DNA of 64,000 bases. Origin: Selaginella moellendorffii (Eukaryota > Plantae > Lycopodiophyta). Positions 60,980 to 64,000 of this stretch are shown piece by piece (the first letter of the stretch is position 1; each line of letters begins with the position of its first letter). Under the pieces are notes generated by a model. That model was given only the letters and a program-made list of their open reading frames with translations, was not told the DNA's origin and searched no databases. The stretch lies in contig NW_003314315.1 in assembly GCF_000143415.4 (NCBI RefSeq), forward strand, positions 124,001 through 188,000, given 5' to 3'. The position numbers and the translations under genes are program-made.

Positions 60980-62728
60980 ATGGATTCTTTGGACACGGCG
61001 GGGACGACGACGACGACGACGCCTCCCCGCTCGCTCAAGATCCGTGGCTCTCCAGGGGCTGTAGCACGCCGTAGACGCGCCGAGATCAGGAGGTTCCGGG
61101 TGGTCGCCACCAAGACGAATTTGGTGTTCCCAGAGCCTGTGCACAAGAGGCCTCGATCATCCTCTCCGAACGGCCGCTCCTCTTTGCCATCCAAGAGGTC
61201 TTCTCCGGCGGCGGCCACGACCAACTTTACCATCACGGTGTCTTGCCACCAGAGCATGGACAAGCATGGGCTTTCCAACGGGTGGCAAGGAAGCGGTGGC
61301 GATGCTGGTGGTGGTGGTGACGAGCACAGCTTCTCCGGATCGATCAGCGCTCCTAGCTTTAGTTTTGGTAGTGATAGCAGTAATAGTAGTGGGACGGGAG
61401 TTTCCACGGTCACGACCGCTGGTGCCGGCGGAAGAACTTCAAACTCGACTCCAGAGAGTAGCGAGGAAGAGACGGTCGATGGTTCTTCCAAGGATTTGCC
61501 AGCGGCAATGCAGCTCCTGGACGGGATGGCTGTTTCGGGCACTGGTTGCAACAGGAGCACCCGCTGCATCGCCAGCGATACGTGTCCCCCGCATGGAGCC
61601 GTATTCATATGTGGCAGGCGCCGGGAGATGGAGGATGCCGTCGCGGTAGTGCCCTCCTTTATGACGGTGCCGTGCGGTACTGTTGGAGGCTGCGAGTGTA
61701 AAGGTGCCACGCTGCCTTCCTCGGACGTTGGCATGTCCACGTTACACTTCTTCGGAGTCTATGACGGCCATGGCGGGCCTCAGGTAACCAACTATTTGCT
61801 TTGACTATACTGTTCCTCGTTGTTTCCTCGTAATACCTTGCTTCTTTCAGGTTGCTGGCTTCTGCAAGGAGCAAATGCATCGCGTCCTCGAGGAAGAGTT
61901 TAGTGGCGTTTTGCCAGGCATGGGTGACAGAGAGCTGGAGGCACATCTTCAGAGAGCAATGGTGGCGAGCTTTCTGAAAGTGGATGCGCAGGTGGGAGGC
62001 TTCCTCGAGGGCAATTTGAGTCCGTCGGCTTCTCCATTCATAGCTCCCGAGACAGTCGGCTCGACTGCTGTGGTAGCCGTGCTGGGACCAAACCGGATCA
62101 TCGTCGCCAACTGTGGTGACTCGAGGGCCGTCCTTTCGAGAGGGGGGCGAGCCATTCCTCTCTCCGTGGACCACAAAGTGAGTTTTCTTCTTCTTCTTGC
62201 TTTGATTTTGTTCTGATTTTGTATGCGCTTGTTTTGTTTTGCAGCCAGATCGAGAGGACGAGCTGGCCCGAGTTGAGGCTGCCGGAGGGAGGGTGTTTTT
62301 TTGGAACGGTTATAGAGTCTTAGGAGTTCTGGCAATGTCGAGAGCAATTGGTACGTTATGCAGCAGCCTTTGTGTGTTTTTTCTCGTTGTCTCGGAGTTA
62401 CTCGACACATTTTATTAATCTTGTTTTCATCACAGGTGATAGATACCTCAAGCCGTTTATAATCCCAGAGCCGGACGTTACTTGTACAGAGAGAAGTTCG
62501 GAGGACGAGTGCCTGATATTGGCCAGCGACGGCCTGTGGGACGTGCTCACCAACGAGGTGGCGTGTGACATTGCACGGAAGTGTCTCGTTAGGCATCGAG
62601 CTCGGCAGGGCGGCGAGAGTGCCGCAGACATGGCTGCTGGATTACTGACCAAGGTCGCGATTGCCAAAGGCAGCACTGACAACATCAGTGTGGTGGTGGT
62701 GGATCTAAGCTCATCCTTGCGAAGGTGA
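60980..62728 (+). CDS. Clade A protein phosphatase 2C (ABI1/PP2CA-like)
   Basis: [53 protein letters not shown] (conserved Trp at 62302), [22 protein letters not shown] and [10 protein letters not shown]. Confidence 0.93.
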
Positions 62729-63651
62729 CGGGAGAGACTTTGGTGTATTTGAGAAATTTTTTCTCTTTTCTTCCCTCTCTCTCTCGCTCGCTCTCTCCAT
62801 TCCTTTCTCAAATTTCGTCCTCCCAGCTATCTGTGTTCTTCTTGCCATGCAAAAGAAAAAAAATTGTTATACACTAGAGGAAGTCTATTGAAGTTTTTGA
62901 GGGATAAGAAAAGGACTGCTCTAGAATCAACATGGCAAGAACACCATTCTCCAACATGGCAAGAACTATGAGGGTTCAACATGGCATCGATCGATCGATT
63001 CAGCAACTAGACTACGATAGATCGATGCCGAAGCTTTTGTCGGGATTTGAACTTGGGCTAATATCAAAGTGTCGGGATTTCTGTTTTGTTAAACTTTTGG
63101 AAATATCACAAGTCTTTTGGATTGCATCATCCTCAAACTATATAAAGTCGAGGGGTGTTGTCGCCTGGATGTGTGGTTCCATTCAAGGGCTTACACATGG
63201 CGCACACAAAGAAGAAAAAAAGAAGAAAAAGAGGGAAGCTTAGCATCTTTCACGTGGAGCACTATCTCCAGACAAAATCTTTGGCTTCATATCACACTAC
63301 CACGGTCATGGCTGCTCTGTCATTTGCAATCTAAAAATCAATAACACGGTGCAGCGATTCATTTCACGGGGATGGCATACAAATTTAGCCATTGTTCACA
63401 GTTCTTTTTCCATAAAAGGTAATAATAATTTAGATTCAACTTCTGGAAGCTGCGGATTGGCATTTACAGCTTTTTTTTTTGTGTGGAGTGGTCATTGGGA
63501 ATTTTGTAACCACGAACACACTTTTTCGTTGGCAAAATTTTCTTGGATATATGGAAAGTAAAAGTAACCATTCAAGAATCTTATCTCTAAAGCTAATATT
63601 TATTCGACCAAATGCAACTTATCTGATTCGCTTTATGGAATGGAATCAGCC

Positions 63652-63751
63652 NNNNNNNNNNNNNNNNNNNNNNNNNNNNNNNNNNNNNNNNNNNNNNNNN
63701 NNNNNNNNNNNNNNNNNNNNNNNNNNNNNNNNNNNNNNNNNNNNNNNNNNN
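63652..63751. other. Assembly gap (100 N)
   Basis: Run of N. Confidence 1.
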
Positions 63752-64000
63752 TTCCCCCCCCCCCCCTTAAAGTTGCATAGTTGCTGCCCTCGAGGTCCAG
63801 GTATTCCGACGAGAAAGCTTACGCAGCAAAGGTGCGAATATAAACCGTGGCGAATGTTTGTGCGTCTCCCTTTGGCCGGATGGGTTGATTGATCGATCGC
63901 ATCAAATCGAGCAACAGTTGAAAAACAAACATAGAAAGGTAAAAAAACGAATAAAACTTTCCATGCTAAATCAAGAACACCAAGGTCGTGCCATTTGGTA

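Noticed and set aside
60973-62811. Long minus-strand ORFs (255, 171, 215 and 137 aa)
   Set aside because: Antisense to the PP2C exons.
63479-63892. 137-aa ORF
   Set aside because: Artefact of reading through the N gap.

Overview
Compact land-plant nuclear DNA with many ~45-60 nt introns. ALDH21, PLS-class PPR debris and a Hog/Hint gene point to a lycophyte such as Selaginella; this is inference, not a database result. Intact-looking genes: an HxGH nucleotidyltransferase-like protein, UFL1, a TIC32-like SDR, ALDH21, a DnaJ-type zinc-finger protein, a CLC channel, a PIF-type bHLH, COG3, NADPH:quinone oxidoreductase, RRP41 and a clade A PP2C. There are two accessory regions. (1) 7-18.4 kb is a block bracketed by a duplicated head-to-head gene junction. 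It contains a ~3.6 kb inverted duplication with twin RING genes, PPR pseudogene fragments, and a Crinkler/RHS-type NTPase plus restriction-endonuclease gene whose nuclease domain is interrupted by an in-frame PHD-finger exon (the top candidate for something undescribed). (2) 40-59 kb holds a frameshifted secreted Hedgehog-type Hint/Hog gene, Gypsy and LINE remnants, and a very young Cassandra-type TRIM with 5S rRNA-derived LTRs. There is a 100-N gap near the end. All calls come from reading motifs by eye; no searches were run.
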